NCBI GenBank assembly: GCA_003599055.1
Contig: QZIM01000006.1
Location: 24,615-88,614 of the forward strand
Direction of reading: 5' to 3'
Length of the DNA stretch: 64,000 bases
Origin: Candidatus Woesearchaeota archaeon
Lineage (GTDB): Archaea > Nanobdellota > Nanobdellia > Woesearchaeales > ARS49
The translations under genes and the position numbers were made by a program. Below the pieces are notes generated by a model. That model was not told the DNA's origin, did no database searches, and saw nothing but the letters and a program-made list of their open reading frames with translations. Of the stretch, positions 36,357 through 46,543 are shown piece by piece (position 1 is the first letter of the stretch; each line of letters begins with the position of its first letter).

Positions 36357-39062
36357 GTGAAAGAGCGCGCAAAAGAAAGGATTTCGCAGTTAGTCGCTAA
36401 ATATGAGCGTCTGAAAGCTGAAGGTAGATTGAAGTCCTATAATGAAGAGATGACGAAAAAGGACTTCATCCTTCCGTTATTCGAAGCGCTTGGATGGGAC
36501 GTTTATAATACGAATGTAGATGAAGTGTCTGCCGAAGAAAAAGTTTCCAAAGGACGCGTTGACTATGGATTTAGAATCGCGGGAATCCCCAAGTTCTTCC
36601 TTGAAGCAAAAGCCCTTAAAGCTGACCTTGAGGACCTAAAATGGGCTGAACAAGCAATCAATTACTCTTGGCACAAGGGCGTCGTTTGGGCAGTCCTTAC
36701 TGACTTTGAAACAGTTCGTGTATTCAATGCAGAAGTCAAAACTGCCAATCCTGCGCAAAGCCAATTCTTTGCTCTGTACACAAATCAATTTCTCGATAGA
36801 TTTGAGCAGTTATGGTTGTTATCCCACGAAAGTTTTGAAAAAGGCTTAATCAATGAAGAAGCAGAGAAATGGGGTAAAAAACTGAAGAAAATCCCTGTTG
36901 ATAAACAACTCCTTTCAGACTTCACTTCATTCAGGGAGTTGCTTTCTAAGAGCGTTTTAAAGAACAACCCACAGAAAAAACTCACTGAAGAAGATATCGA
37001 CGAGTCAGTGCAGAGGATACTTGACAGACTCATTTTCATTAGAACGACTGAGGACAAAGAGATTGAACCCCCGCACTTAATGCCTCTTCTGAGAGAAGAT
37101 ACTGGCAAAAGAGTTCTCAAGAAGTTAAACGTGCTTTTCAGATACTATGATGAAATCTATAACAGTAAATTGTTCCAGCCACACCTATGCGAAGACCTTG
37201 AGATTGATGATCACGTCCTAGAACACATAATTCAAGGTTTGTATTGTTCAAAAGAGTGGAGCATACACTACAACTTCGCCTTATTGGATGCTGACATTTT
37301 AGGAAGCATTTATGAGCAGTATTTGGGACACATTCTAAAGAAAACAGAAAAACGAGCTACGCTTACTGAAGGAAAAATACACAGAAAAGAACAAGGAATA
37401 TACTATACGCCCACATATATTGTTGATTACATCGTCAAGAACACCATTGGTGAATTGGCAAAAGACAAAAAGTTTGATATGGACAAGATAAAGATTCTCG
37501 ATCCTGCTTGCGGTTCAGGTTCATTCTTAATTAAAGCTTTTGACTTCCTCAATCAACATCATAGCAGAAAAGGAACTGGAGAACAGACAAAGATTGACAC
37601 AAGCGGAGTTGCCGCAACTTTTACTAAAAAACTCGAACTTCTCAAAAATAACATTTACGGCGTTGACTTGGACCCAAAAGCTGTTGAAATCGCGCAACTC
37701 AACCTCCTTCTAAAAGCAGCTGAGAAAAAGCATAGACTGCCAACACTCCAAAACAACATCAAATGCGGCAATTCATTAATAGACGACCCAAATATTGCAG
37801 GACAAAGGGCCTTCAAATGGGAGGATGAGTTCAGCACAATAATGAAAGACGGCGGATTTGATGTCGTGATTGGAAATCCGCCTTATGGCGCATCATTCAA
37901 TACTCAGGAAAAAGAATACTTCAATTCAAGATACACTTATGTAAAATCTGTTTATGAAAGTTACCGTTTATTCATAGAACTAGCTTCAAAATTAGTAAAG
38001 GATAGAGGATATATGGGGCTAATTGTCCCAAACACGTGGTTTTATTTAACAAATGCTGAAAACATGAGAAAGGAAATTTTGTCAAATTATTCAGTAACTA
38101 AATTGATTAATCTTCCACAAAGCGTTTTTGAGGATGCGACAGTCGATACTTGCATAATAATATTCAGAAAGGAACCTCCAAAAAATAATCAAGTTGAAAC
38201 TCACTTTTTTAATTATAAAGATAAAATTAACAGCCTTGAATGTATGAAATATTCTGAATTAAAGCAAAACGACTTTCTAAAAAATGCTGAATGCATAATT
38301 AATATCAATCGCAATGCAGAAGATGTTAAACTAATTTCAAAAATTAAAAAGCAACCTCAAGTTTTAGATGAGTATGTTACAATAATAACTGGGATAAAAC
38401 CATATCAAGTCGGAAAAGGTGTGCCTCCTCAAACAAAAAAGGATTTAGAGGAGAAAAACTTCACTGCAACTTATCAAAAAGATAAATCATTTAAACCTTG
38501 GTTAACTGGGAAATTTATCTCCAGATACCAAGTTTTACCAAATAAAGAATTCATAAAATATGGTGCTTGGCTTGCAGAACCAAAAATACCTGATATTTTT
38601 GAAAAGGATAGGATAGTTTTACAACAAATACGGAATCCCTCATTGCCCCGTCGTATTATTGCCACTTTTATTAAAGGGGGAATATATACTAATAATGGAA
38701 TTCATAATCTAATCCCGAAAAATGACGAGCAGACTTTTTGGATTCTTGGAATATTGAACTCTAAATTGATGAATTATTACTTTGCATCACATTACAATGA
38801 TGTAAATATCAAACCATCTAATTTATACAGTTTACCTTATCCTGTTTATGATAACAAATCAAAACTATCAGAACTCGTATCAAAAATTGTTTTTATCGGT
38901 CAAAAACTCACACAATTAGAAGGTAAACAAACCGATGAACAGGTTCAATTAGAAAAAGAATTCAAAAAATTGGATAAGGAAATCGATGAAAAAGTTTATG
39001 AAATATATGGCTTGAATGAATCTGAGCGAAAAGTAATAGAAGACCACCTCAAAAGTAACTGA
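36357..39062 (+). CDS. Type IIG fused restriction endonuclease / N6-adenine methyltransferase
   Basis: N-terminal RVDYGF...FLEAK nuclease; GIYYTP, ILDPACGSGSFL, VIGNPPY; TaqI_C-like TRD and GILNSKLM...ID..VY.IYGL end. Confidence 0.93.
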   Translation: MKERAKERISQLVAKYERLKAEGRLKSYNEEMTKKDFILPLFEALGWDVYNTNVDEVSAEEKVSKGRVDYGFRIAGIPKFFLEAKALKADLEDLKWAEQAINYSWHKGVVWAVLTDFETVRVFNAEVKTANPAQSQFFALYTNQFLDRFEQLWLLSHESFEKGLINEEAEKWGKKLKKIPVDKQLLSDFTSFRELLSKSVLKNNPQKKLTEEDIDESVQRILDRLIFIRTTEDKEIEPPHLMPLLREDTGKRVLKKLNVLFRYYDEIYNSKLFQPHLCEDLEIDDHVLEHIIQGLYCSKEWSIHYNFALLDADILGSIYEQYLGHILKKTEKRATLTEGKIHRKEQGIYYTPTYIVDYIVKNTIGELAKDKKFDMDKIKILDPACGSGSFLIKAFDFLNQHHSRKGTGEQTKIDTSGVAATFTKKLELLKNNIYGVDLDPKAVEIAQLNLLLKAAEKKHRLPTLQNNIKCGNSLIDDPNIAGQRAFKWEDEFSTIMKDGGFDVVIGNPPYGASFNTQEKEYFNSRYTYVKSVYESYRLFIELASKLVKDRGYMGLIVPNTWFYLTNAENMRKEILSNYSVTKLINLPQSVFEDATVDTCIIIFRKEPPKNNQVETHFFNYKDKINSLECMKYSELKQNDFLKNAECIININRNAEDVKLISKIKKQPQVLDEYVTIITGIKPYQVGKGVPPQTKKDLEEKNFTATYQKDKSFKPWLTGKFISRYQVLPNKEFIKYGAWLAEPKIPDIFEKDRIVLQQIRNPSLPRRIIATFIKGGIYTNNGIHNLIPKNDEQTFWILGILNSKLMNYYFASHYNDVNIKPSNLYSLPYPVYDNKSKLSELVSKIVFIGQKLTQLEGKQTDEQVQLEKEFKKLDKEIDEKVYEIYGLNESERKVIEDHLKSN

Positions 39063-39296
39063 TTTTTGGCAAAATAAACCAGTTGTCGATTTTTTAGCTC
39101 TGTCTGGGGACTGCTTTTCATCGTTGATACATTTCATCAAGCAGTTTGTTGTTGCATTATACTGTTTTGCCAGCTTATCCTTGAACTGGGTGCTCAAGCC
39201 AAGAAACTCCAAGATTTTCTGGTCTTTGAAAACTGAGTGCAACTCTCTCAAAACTATTCTGGTTCCCTTACCAGACGATAAATGACGGGATTTTCA

Positions 39297-39368
39297 AGCC
39301 TCCGGAGGGATTTGAACCCCCGACCTACTGCTTACGAAGCAGTCGCTCTGCCGCTGAGCTACGGAGGC
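39297..39368 (-). tRNA. tRNA-Thr(CGT)
   Basis: Cloverleaf GCCTCCG.../...CGGAGGC; anticodon arm ACTGC-TTCGTAA-GCAGT; no encoded CCA. Confidence 0.96.
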
Positions 39369-39455
39369 GGCACGGTTGGTAGCGACGATGGACCATTTAA
39401 AAAGGTTGTGGGAAGGATTCACAAAACATAAAAAGGCAAAAGGAACAAAAAGACT

Positions 39456-39770
39456 ATGATTCTCACCACCACGGAAACCATCCCCGGCAAGACAGTTAAA
39501 GACATTCTCGGCATTGCCAAAGGAAGCACGGTTCGCGCAAAACACATCGGCAGAGACATAATGGCCGGGCTTAAACACCTCGTCGGCGGAGAACTGAAAG
39601 GATATACCGAAATGCTCAACGAAGCGCGCGAAGAAGCGCTCAAACGAATGCGGGACGATGCCAAAAAGAAAGGCGCGGACGCGGTCGTTTGCGTACGCCT
39701 TGTCACCTCCGAACTTATGCAGGGCGCAGCAGAAGTCTCCGCATACGGAACCGCAGTCAAACTCAAGTAA
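39456..39770 (+). CDS. YbjQ/UPF0145 family protein
   Basis: MILTTTETIPG...GGELKGYTEML..AREEA...GADAVV...YGTAV. Confidence 0.93.
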   Translation: MILTTTETIPGKTVKDILGIAKGSTVRAKHIGRDIMAGLKHLVGGELKGYTEMLNEAREEALKRMRDDAKKKGADAVVCVRLVTSELMQGAAEVSAYGTAVKLK

Positions 39771-39802
39771 GTATTATATAGCACATTCTTTGGCACCCGC
39801 AT

Positions 39803-40264
39803 ATGGACGAACATTCCTACAAAGAACTGCAAAAAAAGCACACCCTGCTCCCCGAATGGGCAGACATCAACCGCGAATTCGAAATCTGCACCATCGACAC
39901 CGAACACTTCCCCTTACGCATGATACTTCGCAAAATGGCCGAGCGCATCGAGCCCGTCCTTGAAATCCTCGAGCGCGCAATCACCCCCGACCCCAACCGG
40001 TTCACCGACATGTACGAATGCAGGTGCATCTCAAACGGCGACAAAAAACAGCTCCTTGACGTCTTTCGCCACTTAATGGAACACCACCGCCTCCTCCTTG
40101 AAGCAGACCTTACCTGCGAAGAAAAAACCGAACTTGAAACCATCCGCAAAGTCCACGACCTTTGGCTATCAGAGAAAAAACACGTCATCGGATTCGTCAA
40201 AAAGCTCCGCGCGTGCTGGCAAAAACACGTCGAGCCAAAAGAACTCCTTGACTACTTAGGCTAA
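39803..40264 (+). CDS. Conserved-looking hypothetical protein
   Basis: 153 aa helical; TAATG coupling to adk. Confidence 0.8.
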   Translation: MDEHSYKELQKKHTLLPEWADINREFEICTIDTEHFPLRMILRKMAERIEPVLEILERAITPDPNRFTDMYECRCISNGDKKQLLDVFRHLMEHHRLLLEADLTCEEKTELETIRKVHDLWLSEKKHVIGFVKKLRACWQKHVEPKELLDYLG

Positions 40265-40887
40265 TGAACATCATCCTCCTCGGACCCCAAGGCTCAGGAA
40301 AATCAGTCCAGGCACGGCTTCTTGCAGAACGATTCGGCTTCCACCACCTCGCAACCGGCGACCTCATCAGGCTCGGCATTGAACAAAAAGATCCGGACGC
40401 ACTTGCCATCAAACAATATACCGACCAAGGAAAACTCGTCCCCACAAAAACCGTCATCGCATTCGTCAAAAAACACCTCAAAGAACACAACCTCTTTGAC
40501 GGCATCCCCCGAACACTCCCCCAGGCAGAAGCACTTGACACCCTCGTCCACATCGACCTTGTCATCGCCCTTGAACTTGACGATAACACCGCAATCAAAC
40601 GCATCGGCTCGCGCAAGACCTGCCCCACCTGCCAGGCAGTCTATGGCCCCACCAACCCGCCGCGAAAAAAAGACGCCTGCGACCACGACGGAAGCGCGCT
40701 TGCCGTCAGAAAAGACGATTCACCGGATGCCATCAGAAGACGCCTTGCCATCTACCGGGAAAAAACCGAACCCCTCATCGAGTATTACAAGCCGCGCGAC
40801 ATCGTCTTCACGATTGATGCATCACAAGACATTTCCGCAATATTCAGCGAAATAAGCGCCCTTATCGAGCAACACTCTGCCGAATAA
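40264..40887 (+). CDS. adk: Adenylate kinase (bacterial-type with LID domain)
   Basis: GPQGSGKS, GKLVP, DGIPRT, CPTC...CDHD LID, RKDD. Confidence 0.93.
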   Translation: MNIILLGPQGSGKSVQARLLAERFGFHHLATGDLIRLGIEQKDPDALAIKQYTDQGKLVPTKTVIAFVKKHLKEHNLFDGIPRTLPQAEALDTLVHIDLVIALELDDNTAIKRIGSRKTCPTCQAVYGPTNPPRKKDACDHDGSALAVRKDDSPDAIRRRLAIYREKTEPLIEYYKPRDIVFTIDASQDISAIFSEISALIEQHSAE

Positions 40888-41758
40888 ACTCGGTCGCATA
40901 ACAGCCCTTTTGCAGGAAAAAAGAGAGAACCACTTTCTTTTTCCCCGAAAAACACTCATCATCCTCAAGCGAGCCCACAACCAACTCTTTTACCTCACAC
41001 CAGACCGCGCGAACAGACCCCTCTGCACTCACCTCAGGCAACTCACGAATCACAAAATCAGACGGGCGAATCCCTTCCTCCTCAAGAACCGACCGTGTTG
41101 CACCGTCATTCACTTCAGTCCCAAAACCCACCACCGGTAAATGCTCTTCCGCTGAACGCATCGCCGCGCGGTTCCAGAGCAAACTTTGATACGCGTGCAC
41201 GTAAAATATGAGCTTTTTGCGCCCGCACTTTCGCAGCGCGCCAACCACATCACTTCCTCTCACTTCAAGCCCGAGCAGAGCAGCCGCCTGCCGAAACTCC
41301 CTCTTCACGATATGCTTCCCAACCTGCGCATTCTGCGTGCTTAAACGCTGGACTCCGTAGAGATTGCGAAACTTGGGCAAAAACACCGGAAGCAAATCCA
41401 GCCCCCGCAGGGTAATTCTGAAACGATTCCCCTCCAAATCACCAATGTGCACCGGCTCATCACCAAAGCCAAGCAACATTACTGAAACCCCCTGCACATT
41501 AACGTTTTCCAGCCGTTCAGCACTGATGCCGTCCGCAGAACACACCTGGCTTGTTACGGCAATCTTATCCTTAAGCCCTGCAAAACCAAACCGCGTTTCA
41601 GGAACGGAGAGCGCTCTTGCGATGTCCCTTATCGCATCCGCAGTATTCCGATTGCGCTTTTTGAGCAGAAAATAGACAAAGCGACCGGACTCTTTTGGGA
41701 CAATGGTACTGACTTCATCAACGATAAAGTCTTCGGGAAGATGCTTGAGGACTGCCAT
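40862..41758 (-). CDS. truD: tRNA pseudouridine-13 synthase (compact)
   Basis: PEDFIVDE, FAGLKDKIAVTSQ, LEGNRF, YGVQR, AYQSLLWN, KGCYAT. Confidence 0.93.
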   Translation of the reverse strand: MAVLKHLPEDFIVDEVSTIVPKESGRFVYFLLKKRNRNTADAIRDIARALSVPETRFGFAGLKDKIAVTSQVCSADGISAERLENVNVQGVSVMLLGFGDEPVHIGDLEGNRFRITLRGLDLLPVFLPKFRNLYGVQRLSTQNAQVGKHIVKREFRQAAALLGLEVRGSDVVGALRKCGRKKLIFYVHAYQSLLWNRAAMRSAEEHLPVVGFGTEVNDGATRSVLEEEGIRPSDFVIRELPEVSAEGSVRAVWCEVKELVVGSLEDDECFSGKKKVVLSFFLQKGCYATEFIRQSVAR

Positions 41759-41770
41759 ATTTGAATAAAA

Positions 41771-41845
41771 CGCGCCGTGGAGGATTTGAACCCCCGGCCT
41801 ATGGGTTAGGACCCCACCGCTCTATCCAGGCTGAGCTAACGGCGC
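41771..41845 (-). tRNA. tRNA-Arg(CCT)
   Basis: Acceptor GCGCCGT/ACGGCGC; anticodon arm GTGGG-GTCCTAA-CCCAT. Confidence 0.93.
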
Positions 41846-41879
41846 ATGAAAACAGACCGCAAAAACACGGTATAAAAAC

Positions 41880-43115
41880 CTACCGCCACGTCCTCTTGGA
41901 CCTTCGCACTTCCTTTGCAATCGAGGAAATCCAGTTCAGCGCGCTAAAATACGGCATCACGAGCGTGTAGGCAACAAACGGCATAATATTGCGCAAGAAC
42001 TGCTCCTTAAACAACTTATGCGCTGCGTGAATCAAATACAGGCCGATTATAAGCGTAATCGTCAAAGGCAACGTCACCTGCACGTTGCGCGCAAGCACAA
42101 ACTGCTTGAGCGTCGGAATGCTCGTCAATTGCGCCCAAAAATAGCCGTCAATTGAAATGCTGCGCAGGAAAAACTCAACCCACCGGTCCATTGCATCAAA
42201 CGAAATGAGCCCGATATTCAGGATAAGAAGGCCGACCGCCAAAACATTCACCGGCATTTGGAACGTTCCCAAAAGGCCGTGCGCCTTATTGAAAATCATC
42301 TTCCGATAGTTCCACATATTGTAAATGTAGCCGCGGCTCCACCTTGTTCGCTGCTTCCAAATTGCCTTCGGACTTGCCGGAACGTGCGTGTATGACGTCG
42401 CGCGCGGCTCCATAACCACCCTGTACCCCGCGTGCCGCAAGCGAAGCGCAATCTCAAAATCCTCCGTCAAATTCTCACGATTGTCATCAAAACCGCCAAC
42501 CTTTCGCAGCGTCTTTACCCGAAACATCGTGCAGGCGCCGTGCGTGATTGCAAGCGTGCCGAAATTATTCATCAAAAAGCGCGTGAGTGAAGACATCACA
42601 TACTCAAAACGCTGCATCCGCTGGAAAAAGTTCTTTGGCTCATCAACGCGGATACGGCTGATGACCGCGCCCGCCCGCTCATCCTTAAAATGCGGAATCA
42701 TCCAATGCAGGACATCCCTTTCCACACGGCTATCCGCATCCATCACCACAAAAAACTCGCCCCCGGCATTCTTGAGCGCAAGATTGAGCGCGCTTGCCTT
42801 ACCGCCGTTTGCCTTATTGATAAGCGTCACTTCCGGATGGGATTTGATAAACTTTCGCACCAGCGCAGCGGTCCTGTCCGTACTCCCGTCATTCACGATA
42901 ATAATCTGCTTTTTGCCTTTCGGATAGTCAACCTCAATGAGCGATTGCAGCGTGCGCAAAACGGTCTTTTCCTCGTTCCACACCGCCGTTCCGAACGTGA
43001 CCTTGGGAACCGCATCCTTTCGCGGACGCCTTGCAGGCATTGCCAAATAGCTCAGCCACACCAAACTCAGCCAAAGCGTCACGAACGTGATAGCCCAAAC
43101 TATATACTGTAGCAT
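41880..43115 (-). CDS. Processive GT2 glycosyltransferase (IcaA/CESA-like)
   Basis: NDGSTD, GGKASALN, MDAD, TED, QRTRW; TM helices at both ends. Confidence 0.92.
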   Translation of the reverse strand: MLQYIVWAITFVTLWLSLVWLSYLAMPARRPRKDAVPKVTFGTAVWNEEKTVLRTLQSLIEVDYPKGKKQIIIVNDGSTDRTAALVRKFIKSHPEVTLINKANGGKASALNLALKNAGGEFFVVMDADSRVERDVLHWMIPHFKDERAGAVISRIRVDEPKNFFQRMQRFEYVMSSLTRFLMNNFGTLAITHGACTMFRVKTLRKVGGFDDNRENLTEDFEIALRLRHAGYRVVMEPRATSYTHVPASPKAIWKQRTRWSRGYIYNMWNYRKMIFNKAHGLLGTFQMPVNVLAVGLLILNIGLISFDAMDRWVEFFLRSISIDGYFWAQLTSIPTLKQFVLARNVQVTLPLTITLIIGLYLIHAAHKLFKEQFLRNIMPFVAYTLVMPYFSALNWISSIAKEVRRSKRTWR

Positions 43116-43215
43116 AGTGAAAGGAATTCAGTTTTGCCCTTTATAAGCTTTTCGGTCTTTCCCGAGGAGAACCCACACCCGAACATTTTTAAATCCCGTC
43201 ACGATTTTTAACCCT

Positions 43216-44481
43216 ATGAAGACCGCACGCCCGGGCGACCTTGTCCTGATTAAGACCGCCTCAGAAACACTCGAAGGCACTTTCCTTACCCGCTCCGAAC
43301 TCCTTGACAAAAACATCCTCGTCCTCAAACTCCCAACCGGCTACAACATCGGCATCCACCGCAAAAACATCAAAAAAATCACAACCCTTCGCCCCGCACA
43401 CACCCCCCTTGCGCCCGCGCCAAAAGCACAACACAACCCGAACCTCCCCACCATCGCAATCCTCTCCACCGGCGGAACCATCTCAAGCAAAATCGACTAC
43501 CGCACGGGCGGCGTCCACGCAGACTACACTGCCGATGACTTTTGCGCCATGCTCCCCGAACTTTCCCTCATTGCCAACATCACCACCAAAAAAGTCCTCA
43601 ACATTATGAGCGAAGATGCAACCCCTGCAGACTGGCTCGCCATTGCAGAAAACACCATTGACGCACTTCGCAAAGCAGACGGCGTTGTCATCACCCACGG
43701 CACAGACACGATGCACTACACCGCAGCAGCACTCTCCTTTCTCCTCAAAGATCTTGGAAAACCCGTCATCCTCACCGGCGCACAACGCTCCATAGACCGC
43801 GGCTCATCAGACGCATTCATGAACCTCCTTTGCGCGGTCACCGCCGCCGCACAATGGAACTCCCGCGAAGTTGCCATCTGCATGCACGCAAGCATGAACG
43901 ACGACTACTGCCACCTCATCCGCGGAACAAAAGCCCGCAAAATGCACACCTCGCGCAGAGACGCCTTTCGCGCAGTCAATGACACTCCCCTTGCCCGCGT
44001 TTACCCCGACGGCCGCATTGAAGAACTTGCGCCCGCACAACCGCGCAGGGACACGACACCCGAACTTCGCCCAATCGACAAGCACGTCAGCCTCATCTAC
44101 GCGCACCCCAACCTTCACCCGCAGGAAATCGAACTGTGCCTCAAACAAAAAACAAAAGCAATCCTCATTGCGGCAACCGGGCTTGGCAACCTCCCCATCC
44201 ACACTAAAGAAAAGATTCTCCCCGCGCTCCTCAAAGCCGCAAAAAAAGTCCCCATCTTCATCTGCGCACAAACCCCCTTTGGCAGAGTCCACCCGAACGT
44301 CTACAGCACCATGCGCGAACTCAGCATCCTGTGCGGCGCGCACTACCTTGAAGATATGCACGCAGAAACCGCCCTTGCAAAATTATGCGTCGCAGTCACG
44401 CACAAAGACCCCCTCACATTCATGCGCGAGAATATTGCAGGAGAATACACCGACCGGAGCCTTGATGACCACTTCCTATGA
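43216..44481 (+). CDS. gatD: Glu-tRNA(Gln) amidotransferase subunit D
   Basis: GYNIG, STGGTISSKIDYRTG, HGTDTMHY, GAQRSIDRGSSD, KMHTSRRDAF. Confidence 0.97.
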   Translation: MKTARPGDLVLIKTASETLEGTFLTRSELLDKNILVLKLPTGYNIGIHRKNIKKITTLRPAHTPLAPAPKAQHNPNLPTIAILSTGGTISSKIDYRTGGVHADYTADDFCAMLPELSLIANITTKKVLNIMSEDATPADWLAIAENTIDALRKADGVVITHGTDTMHYTAAALSFLLKDLGKPVILTGAQRSIDRGSSDAFMNLLCAVTAAAQWNSREVAICMHASMNDDYCHLIRGTKARKMHTSRRDAFRAVNDTPLARVYPDGRIEELAPAQPRRDTTPELRPIDKHVSLIYAHPNLHPQEIELCLKQKTKAILIAATGLGNLPIHTKEKILPALLKAAKKVPIFICAQTPFGRVHPNVYSTMRELSILCGAHYLEDMHAETALAKLCVAVTHKDPLTFMRENIAGEYTDRSLDDHFL

Positions 44482-44711
44482 AAACGGAAAAAGAAATGCT
44501 CGACCACATACGCTGGGACCCCAAACTCCACGAAGGAGACTGGCGCATCCACTACCTCGACCTTGGCAAACTCAAGGAAATCAAATATGCCGACATCAAG
44601 AAAACAGACGAGGGACTTATGCTCGTTGACCTTGACGGCAAAGAGACCGCAATCCCCCTTCACCGCATACGAAAAATCACGCGCAACGGAGAGACAGTAT
44701 GGCAGCGATAA
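44478..44711 (+). CDS. DUF504/MJ1316-domain RNA repair protein
   Basis: LDHIRWDP...I.YLD...IPLHRIR.I...G..VWQR. Confidence 0.85.
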   Translation: MKTEKEMLDHIRWDPKLHEGDWRIHYLDLGKLKEIKYADIKKTDEGLMLVDLDGKETAIPLHRIRKITRNGETVWQR

Positions 44712-46528
44712 AAAACCAGCCGGAGAAGAACGAGATAACCTGCGGCCTTGAAATCCACCAACAGCTCAACACGCGCAAACTTTACTGCAACTGCCCAAGC
44801 ACCATCACCGACGACTTCCACTACACCGTCAAACGAAAACTCCGCGCAGTCGTCGGCGAAAGCGGAGAAGTGGATGTTGCCGCAGCAGAACAGTCCCGCA
44901 AAGGCAAAACCTACCACTACCAATGCAACGACGAGAACGTATGCCTCATCGACCTTGACGAAGAGCCGCCGCGGCCCTTGCGCGAAGAGGCACTCCATAT
45001 CGCCATCGCCGCAGCAAAACTGCTCAACGCCACCTTTGTCGACGAAGCACAACCCATGCGCAAAACCGTCGTTGACGGCTCGAACACCACCGGATTCCAA
45101 AGAACAACGCTCATTGCACGCAACGGAAAAATCGGCAACGTCACCATCCCCACCATCATCCTCGAAGAAGACAGCGCGCGAACCATATCAGAAGATACCG
45201 AAACCACCACCTTCCGGCTTGACCGGCTCGGCATCCCCCTCCTTGAAATCAGCACGGGACCAGATATCAAGACGCCCGAACAGTGCCAGGCAGTTGCAGA
45301 GAAATTAGGGCTACTCCTTCGCTCGCTCAACGTCAAACGCGGCCTTGGCACGATTCGCCAAGACGTCAACGTATCCGTCCCTGGCGGAGAACGCGTAGAA
45401 ATCAAAGGAGCGCAAGAACTCAAACAACTCCCGCAACTCGTCCGCCTCGAGGCACTGCGGCAAAACACCCTCCTTGCAATCAGGGACGAACTCAGGAAAC
45501 GAAACGTAAAAGACGTCAACGCACAAATCCAGGACGTCACCCCCCTCCTTTCGAAAAGCCAAAGCAAAGTGCTCCAAACAGGACTTGCAAACGGAGCAGC
45601 CATTCTTGCCCTCAGACTCCAAGGATTCAAAGGCATTATCGGAAAAGAACTGCAGCCCAACCGAAGATTAGGCACTGAATTCTCCGACCGCGCAAAAGCA
45701 CGCGCAGGCGTTCGCGGCATCTTCCACTCGGACGAAATGCCCAACTACGGAATCACCGCAGACGAAACTTCGGCACTCTCAAAAACACTCGACCTTGGCA
45801 AAGACGACGCATTCGTCCTTGTCTGCGCCCAAAAAGCCCAGGCAGAACAAGCACTCCACGCAGTCATTTCCCGCGCAAAAGAAGCCCTCATCGGCGTCCC
45901 AAAAGAAGTCCGGCGGGCAAATGACGATGGAACCACCACCTTTTTGCGCATGATGCCCGGCGCCGCACGCATGTACCCTGAAACAGACGTCCTTCCCGTG
46001 CGCATCGACAATACCCTGATTGACTCCGTTGCCGTACCCGAACTCATCGAAAACAAAATACTGCGCTACGAAAAACTCGGACTTGGACGCGACCTTGCCG
46101 AACTCTGCGCGAAATCAGAAAAGAACGAACTTTTTGATGCTGCCGTTACCAAATTCAAAAAACTCAAGCCCGCCTACATCGCCGAAGTGCTGCTGACTTC
46201 CGATAAGACCATCAAACGACAATCCGGCATTGACGTTGCGCCAAGCGATGAAGACTACCTCACACTCCTTGAGGCACTCGAGGGCGAACACATCAGCAAA
46301 GAAAGCGTGCTTGAAGTACTCAAAGAAGGAAAAAGCGTGAAAGAGGTTATTGGCAAATACCACGTCCTGAATGACACTGAACTCAAACGGGAACTTGAAA
46401 AAATCATTTCCGAAAACAAAGGAAAGCCCTACAACGCCCTCATCGGCGAAGCAATGAAAAAACTCCGCGGAAAAGCAGCAGGGCAAAAAATAGCGGAAAT
46501 GCTCAAAGAGTTGGTTCGCGGTTTGTAG
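44699..46528 (+). CDS. gatE: Glu-tRNA(Gln) amidotransferase subunit E
   Basis: GLEIHQQL, RKTVVDGSNTTGFQRT, KRGLGTIRQDVNVS, PGAARMYPETD. Confidence 0.97.
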   Translation: MAAIKNQPEKNEITCGLEIHQQLNTRKLYCNCPSTITDDFHYTVKRKLRAVVGESGEVDVAAAEQSRKGKTYHYQCNDENVCLIDLDEEPPRPLREEALHIAIAAAKLLNATFVDEAQPMRKTVVDGSNTTGFQRTTLIARNGKIGNVTIPTIILEEDSARTISEDTETTTFRLDRLGIPLLEISTGPDIKTPEQCQAVAEKLGLLLRSLNVKRGLGTIRQDVNVSVPGGERVEIKGAQELKQLPQLVRLEALRQNTLLAIRDELRKRNVKDVNAQIQDVTPLLSKSQSKVLQTGLANGAAILALRLQGFKGIIGKELQPNRRLGTEFSDRAKARAGVRGIFHSDEMPNYGITADETSALSKTLDLGKDDAFVLVCAQKAQAEQALHAVISRAKEALIGVPKEVRRANDDGTTTFLRMMPGAARMYPETDVLPVRIDNTLIDSVAVPELIENKILRYEKLGLGRDLAELCAKSEKNELFDAAVTKFKKLKPAYIAEVLLTSDKTIKRQSGIDVAPSDEDYLTLLEALEGEHISKESVLEVLKEGKSVKEVIGKYHVLNDTELKRELEKIISENKGKPYNALIGEAMKKLRGKAAGQKIAEMLKELVRGL

Positions 46529-46543
46529 TCGGTGGTTGATTAA

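Larger units (their letters stand above)
32860..39296. mobile_element. Low-GC defence island adjacent to the tRNA-Thr 3' end (no integrase seen)
   Basis: Abrupt shift to AT-rich DNA with much weaker C skew; R-M, PIN, HEPN and nuclease genes; ends at the tRNA. Confidence 0.75.

Noticed and set aside
38949..39251. Integrase remnant beside tRNA-Thr
   Set aside because: No R-H-R-Y or serine-recombinase motifs; about a third of the ORF is antisense to the R-M gene.
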